The notes under the pieces were generated by a model. That model ran no database searches. It had not been told where the DNA came from and worked only from the letters and a program-made list of their open reading frames with translations. DNA of 64,000 bases from Escherichia coli (GTDB lineage: Bacteria > Pseudomonadota > Gammaproteobacteria > Enterobacterales > Enterobacteriaceae), in assembly GCF_003334335.1 (NCBI RefSeq), contig NZ_QOWQ01000016.1; one strand, 5' to 3'. This document shows positions 45,009 to 58,223 of the stretch, piece by piece (position 1 is the first letter of the stretch; the number at the start of each line of letters is the position of its first letter). Made by a program: the position numbers and the translations under genes.

Positions 45009-45156
45009 GGTGAAAACGGGCGTCAGGCTGCCGTGATGGCAATATGCGCCCGAAACCGGCCGCAGGGGTAACAGCCTGCGGCCTTTTTTGTATCCGGCAC
45101 CCATGAAAAAAGTCTTAACGCAGAACGCTAATACTTTATTTTTCAAGCAAAAAAGA

Positions 45157-46020
<864 letters not shown>

Positions 46021-46046
46021 TTAATCTTGAGTAAAATGTCGATTAA

Positions 46047-46856
46047 TTAATGCAGCACAATATGTTTATGCGCGATGTTATTTATTTGCGCACGGATCAT
46101 TTCGCTGATCGGGTCTTCCGGACACTGTTCAACGAAATAACTTAAATCGTTCAACGCAACGTGTTCGCAATCCAGTTGCGCATAAATCAACCCGCGATCG
46201 CGAATTTCATAGGGATCTTCAGGGTTGAATTGTAATAAAGCTTCGCTGGTGCGTAACGCCAGCTCCATCTGATTTTCTTCCATCAACGAGGCTTTGAGTG
46301 TATCCAGCAATTTGCGGATTACCTCAATGTTATCAGCTTCATCAAGGTCTTCATAAAACAGTTCCGCCGACGGGCTGATATTTCCCTTTAACCATACGTC
46401 CAGCATATGTTCGCTTAACGATTCACCGTTAAAAGGATTAATCAGCCAAATTTCGCCATCCGGACATTCAATGCGCAATATCAGCTGCGTAGGGAAAATC
46501 ACCGGCAGCAGCGGCAAATCGAGACGATTCGCGACCCATAATAAAACCGCACCTAATGATACCGCACTGCCCTGTCGATTCTTTAACACCTGGTCCAGCC
46601 ATAATGCATCGGAAAGACGATAAACACCGCGTGAGGCTTTAAATCCCCAGTCGCCGTAAAACAGCGCGATCAGTTTTTCCAACTGCTCTTCTAAAGGCAG
46701 AAGCTGGCTGATTTCTTCCTTCGCCAGACTAACGAGACGCTCCAGTTCGTCGTAAACATCTTGCGAGGGAAAATCGCGGCGGATTGCTTCGCAAGCCAGG
46801 ATCATGCCTTCGCACAATGGCGCTTTATTAAATTCGAAATCAGCTAACGATCTCAT
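46047..46856 (-). CDS. sirB1: SirB1/YchA (transglutaminase-like, TPR-containing protein)
   Basis: 269 aa starting MRSLADFEFNKAPLCEGMILACEAIRRDF; synteny kdsA-sirB1-sirB2-prmC. Confidence 0.85.
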   Translation of the reverse strand: MRSLADFEFNKAPLCEGMILACEAIRRDFPSQDVYDELERLVSLAKEEISQLLPLEEQLEKLIALFYGDWGFKASRGVYRLSDALWLDQVLKNRQGSAVSLGAVLLWVANRLDLPLLPVIFPTQLILRIECPDGEIWLINPFNGESLSEHMLDVWLKGNISPSAELFYEDLDEADNIEVIRKLLDTLKASLMEENQMELALRTSEALLQFNPEDPYEIRDRGLIYAQLDCEHVALNDLSYFVEQCPEDPISEMIRAQINNIAHKHIVLH

Positions 46857-46859
46857 GAC

Positions 46860-47252
46860 TTACCCCAGTAACGGTACTTTTGTGGTGGCGAGTTTAATGA
46901 TGATGTACAGCACCACCAACGCCAGCGGGAAGGCAATAATGCGCGCCTGCTGACTGTGCATACGACGATAATCGAGTGCAATAAAACCCAAAACGATATA
47001 AATGATAACTCCAAACAGCTTTTCAGTCAGCCACTGTGCCTGCCCGGAAAATGGCAGGATGTGCGCTTTAGCCATCAACGCAATGCCGCTTAACAGTAAC
47101 AGCGTATCGACAACCGGCGGCACAATGCGCGTCCAGCGAGCAAATGCCTGTGGATGCTTCTGATAACGTAGCCAGAAACGTAAGGTTAATAGCCCAACAG
47201 AAAGCGCGATACTAATAAGATGAACACTAAGCAGTGTAGAAAAACTTGTCAT
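46860..47252 (-). CDS. sirB2: SirB2/YchQ inner membrane protein
   Basis: 130 aa with four hydrophobic segments; 4-nt overlap with the prmC stop. Confidence 0.85.
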   Translation of the reverse strand: MTSFSTLLSVHLISIALSVGLLTLRFWLRYQKHPQAFARWTRIVPPVVDTLLLLSGIALMAKAHILPFSGQAQWLTEKLFGVIIYIVLGFIALDYRRMHSQQARIIAFPLALVVLYIIIKLATTKVPLLG

Positions 47253-48082
47253 TGATAATAGCGGCCGAGCGTTACGCGCTCGTTATCACCATAGTCACGG
47301 CAGGTTTCGACGTCATGATACCCCGCGAGGATAAATGCTTGTCGCACCGCTTCGCCCTGCTGCCAGCCATGTTCCAGAAGCAGAAAGCCGCCGGATACCA
47401 GCGCGTTACGCGACTGTTCGATGATATGCACGATGTCTGCCATTCCACTGTCTGCCGCAACCAGCGCAGTGAGCGGCTCAAAGCGGACATCGCCTTGTTG
47501 AAGATGAGGGTCCTGCTCGTCAATATACGGCGGATTGCTGACAATCATCGCAAACTGCTGCCCGGCTAGCGCGCTAAACCAGTCGCTTTGCAGAATGTGG
47601 ATATTTTTGATCGCCAGATGCTGGGCATTACGTTGTGCCAGGGAGACAGCATCAGGCATACGATCTACAGCGATAATTTCGCAGTCCGGGCGCTCGCTAG
47701 CCAGCGCAAGCGCAATCGCCCCGGTACCCGTCCCGAGATCGAGAATACGGCAAGGTTGTTCAGGCAACCGCGCCAGTGCCTGCTCCACCAGACACTCCGT
47801 ATCCGGGCGCGGAATTAAGGTCGCTGGCGAAACAAATAACGGCAACGACCAGAATTCTCGCACCCCGGTTAAATGAGCAATGGGTTCACCATCGCGACGA
47901 CGTGTCAGTAGCGCATCAAGTTGCTGACATTGTTCGTCAGTCAGCTGCGTTTCACCAAAGGCGAGAATAAAAGTACGCCCTCTGCCGGTAACATGCTCCA
48001 GCAGGATTTCAGCATCACGCCGCGGGCTTTCGCTCGCCTGAAGTTGGCTTATTGCTTCACGTAACCAGTGTTGATATTCCAT
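47249..48082 (-). CDS. prmC: Release factor glutamine methyltransferase PrmC (HemK)
   Basis: 277 aa; SAM-binding GTGTGAIAL and the NPPY catalytic motif. Confidence 0.95.
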   Translation of the reverse strand: MEYQHWLREAISQLQASESPRRDAEILLEHVTGRGRTFILAFGETQLTDEQCQQLDALLTRRRDGEPIAHLTGVREFWSLPLFVSPATLIPRPDTECLVEQALARLPEQPCRILDLGTGTGAIALALASERPDCEIIAVDRMPDAVSLAQRNAQHLAIKNIHILQSDWFSALAGQQFAMIVSNPPYIDEQDPHLQQGDVRFEPLTALVAADSGMADIVHIIEQSRNALVSGGFLLLEHGWQQGEAVRQAFILAGYHDVETCRDYGDNERVTLGRYYQ

Positions 48083-49164
48083 TATTCCTGCTCGGACAAC
48101 GCCGCCAGTTGGTCGGCCTGATGTTCCTGGATAATCGGTTCAATCAGCATATCCAGCTTACCTTCCATCACTTCATCCAGGCGGTAGAGCGTCAGGTTGA
48201 TGCGGTGATCGGTAACGCGCCCCTGCGGGAAGTTGTAAGTACGGTTACGGTCGCTGCGATCGCCACTCCCCAGCAGGTTACGACGGGTAGACGCTTCGGC
48301 CTGTTGGCGTTTTGCCATTTCAGCAGCGTGGATGCGAGCACCGAGAACAGAAAGTGCTTTAGCTTTGTTTTTATGTTGTGAACGTTCGTCCTGACATTCA
48401 ACAACAATCCCGGTCGGCAAGTGAGTAATACGAATTGCCGAATCGGTGGTGTTAACGTGCTGACCACCCGCCCCTGACGAGCGGAAAGTATCAATGCGTA
48501 AATCTGCTGGGTTGATGTCCGGCAGTTCTGCGTCAGGCAGTTCTGGCATTACCGCAACGGTACAAGCAGAAGTATGAATACGACCCTGCGATTCCGTAGC
48601 AGGAACACGTTGCACGCGATGACCGCCGGATTCAAATTTCAGACGACCATACACACCATCACCGCTAATTTTGGCGATGATCTCTTTATAACCACCATGT
48701 TCACCCTCGCTGGCGCTCATGATTTCTACCCGCCAGCGGCGGGCTTCGGCATAACGGCTGTACATACGGAACAGATCGCCCGCGAACAGCGCCGCTTCGT
48801 CGCCGCCGGTTCCGGCTCGGACTTCGAGGAAGGCGTTACGTTCGTCATCAGGATCTTTTGGCAGTAACAGAACCTGTAATTGCTGTTCCAGTTGCTCGCT
48901 TTTTTCTTTAGCTTCGCGCAGTTCATCCTGCGCCATCTCACGCATTTCAGGATCATCGAGCATCATCTGTGCGGTTTCGATATCTTCCTGAACCTGTTGC
49001 CAGTCGGTAAAACAGCGCGAAACATCACTTAACTGCGCATATTCGCGTGATAATGCGCGAAAACGTTCCTGGTCGGCGATAGTTTGCGCGTCACCCAGCA
49101 ACGCCTGAACTTCTTCATGGCGTTCATGCAGGGCTTCCAGTTTGGCAACGATAGAAGGCTTCAT
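48082..49164 (-). CDS. prfA: Peptide chain release factor 1
   Basis: 360 aa; GGQ motif ([14 protein letters not shown]) and PxT motif; stop overlaps the prmC start. Confidence 0.97.
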
Positions 49165-49205
49165 AGGCGTAAATGCACCCTGTAAAAAAAGAAAATGATG
49201 TACTG

Positions 49206-50462
49206 CTACTCCAGCCCGAGGCTGTCGCGCAGAATATTCAGGCGTTCGTTATCCCCGTCACGGGCGGCCTGTTGAAGTGATTTCGTTGGCGCATGGATCA
49301 AGCGGTTAGTCAGTTTCCATGCCAGATCCTGCATAATGGCTTGCGCGTCGCCGCCCTGCTCAAGGGCCGCTAACGCTTTGGCGGTTAACTCATCGCGAAC
49401 TTGCTCTGCCTGGCTGCGATACTCGCGAATGGTTTCGCTGGCGCTTTGTGCTCGCAGCCACGCCATAAATTCGCTGGTTTCCTGAGCGACAATAGTTTCC
49501 GCCTCAACCGCTGCGGCTTTACGCTGCGCCAGGTTGTGCGAAATGATGCTTTGCAGATCATCAACGCTATAAAGATAAGCATTCGCCAGTTTGCCAACTT
49601 CCGGCTCAACATCGCGCGGAACGGCAATATCCACCAACAGCATTGGTTGGTTGCGACGGCTTTTTAATGCGCGCTCCACCATGCCTTTCCCGATAATCGG
49701 TAACGGGCTGGCGGTGGAACTGATGATGATATCGGCTTCGCGCAGACGTTCGTCGATATCACTCAGGGCAATCACTTCCGCGCCGACTTCATCTGCCAGA
49801 ATTTGGGCACGTTCGCGAGTGCGGTTGGCGATAATCATCTTCTGTACTTTGTGTTCGCGCAGATGACGCGCCACCAGCTCGATAGTTTCGCCCGCGCCTA
49901 CCAGCAACACTGTGACCGTAGAGAGCGATTCAAAGATCTGCCGCGCCAGCGTACAAGCCGCAAAAGCGACAGACACAGCGCTGGCACCGATATCTGTTTC
50001 AGTGCGAACGCGTTTCGCGACAGAGAAAGATTTCTGGAACATGCGTTCCAGTTCGCTGGCCTTCATATGACCTTTTTGCGAATCGGCAAACGCTTTTTTA
50101 ACCTGACCGAGGATCTGCGGCTCCCCCAGAACCAGTGAATCCAGGCCGCTGGCAACACGCATTAAATGGCTAACCGCGTCGTTATCCTGATGCCAGTAGA
50201 GGCTTTTACGCAGATCTTCTTCATTAAGATTGTGATAATCGCAAAGCCAGCGGATTAACGCCTCTTGCAGGTTGTCCTGCTCTTCAACGCTAAGATAAAG
50301 TTCCGTGCGGTTGCACGTCGACAGCACCACGCCGCCCTGCACCATCGGCTGCGCAAGCAGGCTGTCAAGCGCCTGATCGAGCTTATCCGGCGAAAACGAT
50401 ACACGTTCTCGCAGCGATACAGGTGCCGTTTTATGGTTGATACCGAGTGCTAAAAGGGTCAT
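49206..50462 (-). CDS. hemA: Glutamyl-tRNA reductase
   Basis: 418 aa from [21 protein letters not shown]; the 484-aa ORF-track version is an upstream extension. Confidence 0.93.
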
Positions 50463-50606
50463 GTCTGCGGGAAATAATACCAACGTTGATAGGGTTAGTC
50501 TGCTTGCATCATACAGGATGCGTAAGATCAATAAAAGAGAGCGCCCCCTTTTGGAGTAATTGCCGAAAGCCGTTAGATTCTGGCAATTAAGACAACTTGA
50601 ACATAG

Positions 50607-51298
<692 letters not shown>

Positions 51299-51299
<1 letters not shown>

Positions 51300-52150
51300 T
51301 GCGGACACAGTGGCCCTCTCCGGCAAAACTTAATCTGTTTTTATACATTACCGGTCAGCGTGCGGATGGTTACCACACGCTGCAAACGCTGTTTCAGTTT
51401 CTTGATTACGGCGACACCATCAGCATTGAGCTTCGTGACGATGGGGATATTCGTCTGTTAACGCCCGTTGAAGGCGTGGAACATGAAGATAACCTGATCG
51501 TTCGCGCAGCGCGATTGTTGATGAAAACTGCGGCAGACAGCGGGCGTCTTCCGACGGGAAGCGGTGCGAATATCAGCATTGACAAGCGTTTGCCGATGGG
51601 CGGCGGTCTCGGCGGTGGTTCATCCAATGCCGCGACGGTCCTGGTGGCATTAAATCATCTCTGGCAATGCGGGCTAAGCATGGATGAGCTGGCGGAAATG
51701 GGGCTGACGCTGGGCGCAGATGTTCCTGTCTTTGTTCGGGGGCATGCCGCGTTTGCCGAAGGCGTTGGTGAAATACTAACGCCGGTGGATCCGCCAGAGA
51801 AGTGGTATCTGGTGGCGCACCCTGGTGTAAGTATTCCGACTCCGGTGATTTTTAAAGATCCTGAACTCCCGCGCAATACGCCAAAAAGGTCAATAGAAAC
51901 GTTGCTAAAATGTGAATTCAGCAATGATTGCGAGGTTATCGCAAGAAAACGTTTTCGCGAGGTTGATGCGGTGCTTTCCTGGCTGTTAGAATACGCCCCG
52001 TCGCGCCTGACTGGGACAGGGGCCTGTGTCTTTGCTGAATTTGATACAGAGTCTGAAGCCCGCCAGGTGCTAGAGCAAGCCCCGGAATGGCTCAATGGCT
52101 TTGTGGCGAAAGGCGCTAATCTTTCCCCATTGCACAGAGCCATGCTTTAA
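51299..52150 (+). CDS. ispE: 4-diphosphocytidyl-2-C-methyl-D-erythritol kinase
   Basis: 283 aa; GHMP kinase motif [14 protein letters not shown]; start overlaps the lolB stop by 1 nt. Confidence 0.95.
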
Positions 52151-52174
52151 GCCGGGCAAGCTGAGTTTCGGTGA

Positions 52175-53248
<1,074 letters not shown>

Positions 53249-53261
53249 TCGAACCCGGCTC

Positions 53262-53288
53262 AAAGACCCGCTGCGGCGGGTTTTTTTG
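53262..53288 (+). terminator. Rho-independent terminator of prs
   Basis: Hairpin ACCCGCTGCGGCGGGT followed by TTTTTTTG. Confidence 0.7.
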
Positions 53289-53372
53289 TCTGTAATATCC
53301 ATTTGTATGACCTATGCCTCCTTCACCTGCCATTTAGTTGACAGATGATGCGCTCACGGATGAAACATTATT

Positions 53373-55052
53373 GTGAACAAAATATTTTCCTCACATGTGA
53401 TGCCTTTCCGCGCTCTGATCGACGCTTGCTGGAAAGAAAAATATACTGCCGCACGGTTTACCCGTGACCTGATTGCCGGGATAACCGTCGGGATTATTGC
53501 TATCCCGCTGGCGATGGCGTTGGCTATTGGTAGTGGTGTGGCACCCCAGTACGGTTTATATACCGCAGCTGTTGCGGGGATTGTCATTGCTCTGACGGGT
53601 GGGTCACGCTTTAGCGTTTCCGGTCCGACTGCGGCATTTGTGGTAATTCTCTATCCCGTGTCGCAACAGTTTGGACTGGCAGGACTGCTGGTTGCGACCT
53701 TGCTGTCGGGGATCTTTTTGATTCTGATGGGTCTGGCACGCTTTGGTCGCCTGATTGAGTATATTCCGGTTTCCGTCACCTTAGGTTTCACCTCGGGTAT
53801 CGGGATCACCATCGGTACCATGCAGATTAAAGATTTTCTCGGTCTGCAAATGGCCCATGTCCCGGAACATTATCTACAAAAAGTCGGCGCATTATTTATG
53901 GCGCTGCCGACCATTAATGTGGGTGATGCTGCCATTGGCATTGTGACGCTAGGTATTCTTGTTTTTTGGCCGCGTCTGGGCATTCGTTTACCCGGTCACC
54001 TTCCGGCCTTGCTGGCTGGTTGCGCGGTGATGGGGATTGTTAACCTGCTCGGCGGACATGTTGCTACCATCGGTTCGCAATTCCACTACGTCCTGGCCGA
54101 TGGTTCTCAGGGTAACGGTATTCCGCAACTGCTGCCGCAACTGGTGCTGCCGTGGGATCTGCCTAATTCAGAATTCACGCTAACCTGGGATTCTATTCGC
54201 ACACTGCTGCCTGCGGCATTCTCAATGGCAATGCTCGGCGCAATCGAATCTCTGCTCTGCGCCGTGGTGCTGGATGGTATGACCGGGACGAAACACAAGG
54301 CGAACAGCGAACTGGTTGGACAGGGACTGGGGAATATTATCGCTCCGTTCTTTGGTGGTATTACCGCTACAGCTGCCATCGCGCGTTCTGCCGCTAACGT
54401 CCGTGCCGGGGCAACGTCCCCTATCTCGGCGGTGATCCACTCTATTCTGGTTATTCTTGCCCTGCTGGTACTGGCACCGCTGCTCTCCTGGCTGCCGCTT
54501 TCCGCCATGGCAGCCCTGCTGTTGATGGTGGCGTGGAACATGAGTGAAGCGCACAAAGTGGTCGACTTGCTGCGTCATGCGCCGAAAGATGACATCATCG
54601 TCATGCTGCTGTGCATGTCGCTGACCGTGTTGTTTGATATGGTTATTGCCATCAGCGTGGGGATCGTGCTGGCATCGCTGCTGTTTATGCGTCGTATCGC
54701 ACGTATGACTCGCCTGGCACCGGTAGTCGTAGATGTTCCAGACGATGTCCTGGTTCTGCGCGTTATTGGCCCGCTGTTTTTTGCTGCTGCTGAAGGCTTA
54801 TTCACGGACCTGGAGTCACGTCTTGAAGGCAAACGGATTGTGATTCTGAAGTGGGATGCCGTTCCGGTACTTGATGCTGGTGGTCTTGATGCGTTCCAGC
54901 GTTTTGTGAAGCGTCTGCCCGAGGGATGTGAACTGCGCGTGTGCAACGTGGAATTCCAGCCACTGCGCACTATGGCTCGCGCTGGCATTCAACCGATCCC
55001 GGGACGCCTGGCGTTCTTCCCGAATCGTCGCGCGGCGATGGCGGATTTATAA
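53373..55052 (+). CDS. dauA: C4-dicarboxylic acid transporter DauA (SulP family, STAS domain)
   Basis: 559-aa polytopic protein with C-terminal STAS-like domain; synteny (ychM position). Confidence 0.88.
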
Positions 55053-55106
55053 GTACGAGATTGACCAGTCAGCGCAAACTGACTGGTCAGCAAACTGCAT
55101 TATTTG

Positions 55107-55385
55107 TTAGCTATGACGGCGATTATCGCTACGGCGGCAACGTTTGTCATAGTGGCGAACCCACCAGTAACGGTCGCACACCTGTTCATGCCCGCCAACA
55201 CGGGCACCCGCCAGCCAGAGAATGGCACCGACGAAAATACTTAGCACTGCACCATGTGCGAAATACTGGGGCATATTAAACTGTGGTAACTGGTTGAGGA
55301 TTGAATACCCCACGCCGACCACCATTACCACCAGACCCAACCCCATGAGCACGTTACCGAGTAACGAAGCGTTTTTGCGTTTCAT
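55107..55385 (-). CDS. ychH: Small inner membrane protein YchH
   Basis: 92 aa starting MKRKNASLLGNVLMGLGLVVMVVGVGYSIL. Confidence 0.85.
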   Translation of the reverse strand: MKRKNASLLGNVLMGLGLVVMVVGVGYSILNQLPQFNMPQYFAHGAVLSIFVGAILWLAGARVGGHEQVCDRYWWVRHYDKRCRRSDNRRHS

Positions 55386-55662
55386 ATGTCACCTCCGGAA
55401 CTTTCTGGGTTGTAACAGGGAATACCCCTCTTCCTTATGTGTAAAGTATAGACAACACCCAGTGGGTTATGTGCGGGCGTGATCACAATTACAACCCTTA
55501 TTTCAACAAAACTTTACAAATAAACGCCTGAACACCTTGACTTTCTAATAGTCCACTCAGGCAATTATTACGTTATCTGCATTTGATACGCAGTTTTTTG
55601 TCAAGCGGGGCCGCAACCAGTAAACTACGCGCCAGTTATGTACACACTCAGGACAAAAAAAC

Positions 55663-56247
55663 GTGACGATTAAATTGATTGTCGGCCTGGCGAACCCCGG
55701 TGCTGAATACGCCGCAACGCGACATAATGCTGGTGCCTGGTTCGTTGACTTACTGGCAGAGCGTTTGCGCGCTCCGCTGCGCGAAGAGGCTAAATTCTTT
55801 GGTTATACTTCGCGAGTCACTCTTGGAGGCGAAGATGTCCGCCTGTTAGTCCCGACTACATTTATGAATCTCAGCGGCAAAGCCGTTGCGGCGATGGCCA
55901 GTTTTTTCCGCATTAATCCGGACGAAATTCTGGTGGCCCACGACGAACTGGATCTGCCTCCTGGCGTCGCCAAATTTAAATTGGGCGGTGGCCATGGTGG
56001 TCACAATGGACTGAAAGACATCATCAGTAAATTGGGTAATAACCCTAACTTTCACCGTTTACGCATCGGAATCGGTCATCCGGGCGATAAAAATAAAGTT
56101 GTCGGTTTTGTGTTAGGCAAACCGCCTGTTAGTGAACAGAAGTTAATTGATGAAGCCATTGACGAAGCGGCGCGTTGTACTGAAATGTGGTTTACAGATG
56201 GCTTGACCAAAGCAACGAACCGATTGCACGCCTTTAAAGCGCAATAA
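55663..56247 (+). CDS. pth: Peptidyl-tRNA hydrolase
   Basis: 194 aa starting [27 protein letters not shown]. Confidence 0.95.
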
Positions 56248-56363
56248 GTCGTTGTCTGCGGCATTTTTGCCGAGTGCCGTGTATAATAGGCAAAGTTATT
56301 TCCATTTCTGCAATCTGTTAGCAATAACAGGTTGATTATTAAGATATTAAGGTGATTTAAATC

Positions 56364-57455
56364 ATGGGATTCAAATGCGGTATCGTCGGTTTGCCCAACG
56401 TCGGGAAATCTACCCTGTTCAACGCGCTGACCAAAGCCGGTATTGAAGCGGCCAACTTTCCATTCTGCACCATTGAGCCGAACACAGGCGTCGTACCAAT
56501 GCCTGATCCTCGCCTGGATCAACTGGCTGAAATCGTAAAACCGCAGCGTACGCTTCCCACGACCATGGAATTTGTCGATATCGCCGGTCTGGTAAAAGGC
56601 GCATCGAAAGGCGAAGGTCTGGGTAACCAGTTCCTGACCAACATCCGTGAAACCGAAGCGATCGGTCACGTTGTTCGCTGCTTTGAAAATGACAACATCA
56701 TTCACGTTTCCGGCAAAGTTAACCCGGCTGACGATATTGAAGTTATCAACACCGAACTGGCGCTGGCAGACCTCGACACCTGCGAACGTGCGATTCATCG
56801 CGTACAGAAGAAAGCCAAAGGTGGCGATAAAGACGCGAAAGCTGAGCTGGCGGTCCTGGAAAAATGCCTGCCCCAGTTGGAAAATGCAGGTATGCTGCGC
56901 GCGCTGGATTTAAGCGCTGAAGAGAAAGCGGCTATTCGTTACCTGAGCTTCCTGACGCTGAAACCAACAATGTACATCGCCAACGTCAACGAAGACGGTT
57001 TTGAAAACAACCCATATCTTGACCAGGTGCGTGAAATCGCGGCGAAAGAAGGTTCTGTTGTGGTTCCGGTTTGTGCTGCTGTTGAAGCAGACATTGCCGA
57101 ACTGGACGACGAAGAACGTGACGAGTTTATGCAGGAGCTTGGGCTGGAAGAGCCGGGCCTGAACCGTGTGATCCGTGCCGGTTATAAACTGCTGAACCTG
57201 CAAACTTACTTCACCGCTGGGGTGAAAGAAGTGCGTGCATGGACCATTCCGGTTGGAGCAACCGCGCCGCAGGCAGCGGGCAAAATCCATACTGATTTTG
57301 AAAAAGGCTTTATCCGTGCACAAACCATCTCGTTTGAAGATTTCATCACTTACAAAGGTGAACAAGGCGCGAAAGAAGCAGGCAAAATGCGTGCAGAAGG
57401 TAAAGATTACATCGTGAAAGATGGCGATGTGATGAACTTCCTTTTCAACGTCTAA
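56364..57455 (+). CDS. ychF: Ribosome-binding ATPase YchF (Obg-family GTPase fold)
   Basis: 363 aa; G1 motif GLPNVGKST and C-terminal TGS domain. Confidence 0.95.
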
Positions 57456-57512
57456 TTAATTTATTGTCTCATGAGGTTTCGCTAAATCTCATGAAGAGCG
57501 CAAAAGTATATA

Positions 57513-57540
57513 AAATCCACGCAATTGCGTGGATTTTTCA
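57513..57540 (+). terminator. Rho-independent terminator of ychF
   Basis: Hairpin ATCCACGCAATTGCGTGGAT (57515-57534) followed by TTTT. Confidence 0.7.
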
Positions 57541-57699
57541 TTTCACCGAGTCCTAATCATTCTTGTAACATCCTACACTTTTGTGCTTATTGCCTATAGT
57601 GAACCACGAGAATAATTAAAGACATAAGTGTTCAGATGACGGATATCTCATTAGCAGTGATATAACGTAAGTTTTTGTATCACTACACATCAGCCCCCT

Positions 57700-57882
57700 T
57701 CACAGCTGATCAAAATTGATCACGCTCCAATATGCTGGCAAGATGAAAATGATAACCAGTAGCACAATAACAACGATAGGCCAGAAAACCCATTGACCAA
57801 AAATGAATATCGATGTTTTTTGCTTTTTCTTATTAGTAATGCAAAAATGGCGCATATTGTTTTTGTTATGCAGATACATCAA
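57700..57882 (-). CDS. Hypothetical small membrane protein (single predicted TM helix), unverified
   Basis: 60-aa ORF in the AT-rich ychF-ycgV spacer with a basic stretch then a hydrophobic segment (WVFWPIVVIVLLVIIFILPAYW). No other coding support. Confidence 0.2.
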   Translation of the reverse strand: MMYLHNKNNMRHFCITNKKKQKTSIFIFGQWVFWPIVVIVLLVIIFILPAYWSVINFDQL

Positions 57883-58223
57883 GCGAAATTCCCATAACTA
57901 ATTAGGATTATTACAAAAAATCTTCACCAAATTTTTTAACCGCTGTTTGTTGTAATATTTTTGCCATATTTATAGTAACGAATTGGAATAAGTAACGACA
58001 ACTTAGGGAATAACTCGATATAAACTCACCTTTGTAAGGGGGATGTTAAATATATATTAATTCCTGTGTTCCTGATTTTGCCCGGTAATAGAGAATTATT
58101 CTCTGAGAAGCTCATCATGATTGCACCATACAAATATCATGATGATAAGAGGATATTATTCATTGATTTAAACAAAATGACAAAATCCATAGACCCATAG
58201 TCTGGGTACTATATAGGAGTGGT

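Noticed and set aside
56076-56798. 240-aa minus-strand ORF overlapping pth and ychF
   Set aside because: Antisense to two well-supported genes and spans their intergenic region.
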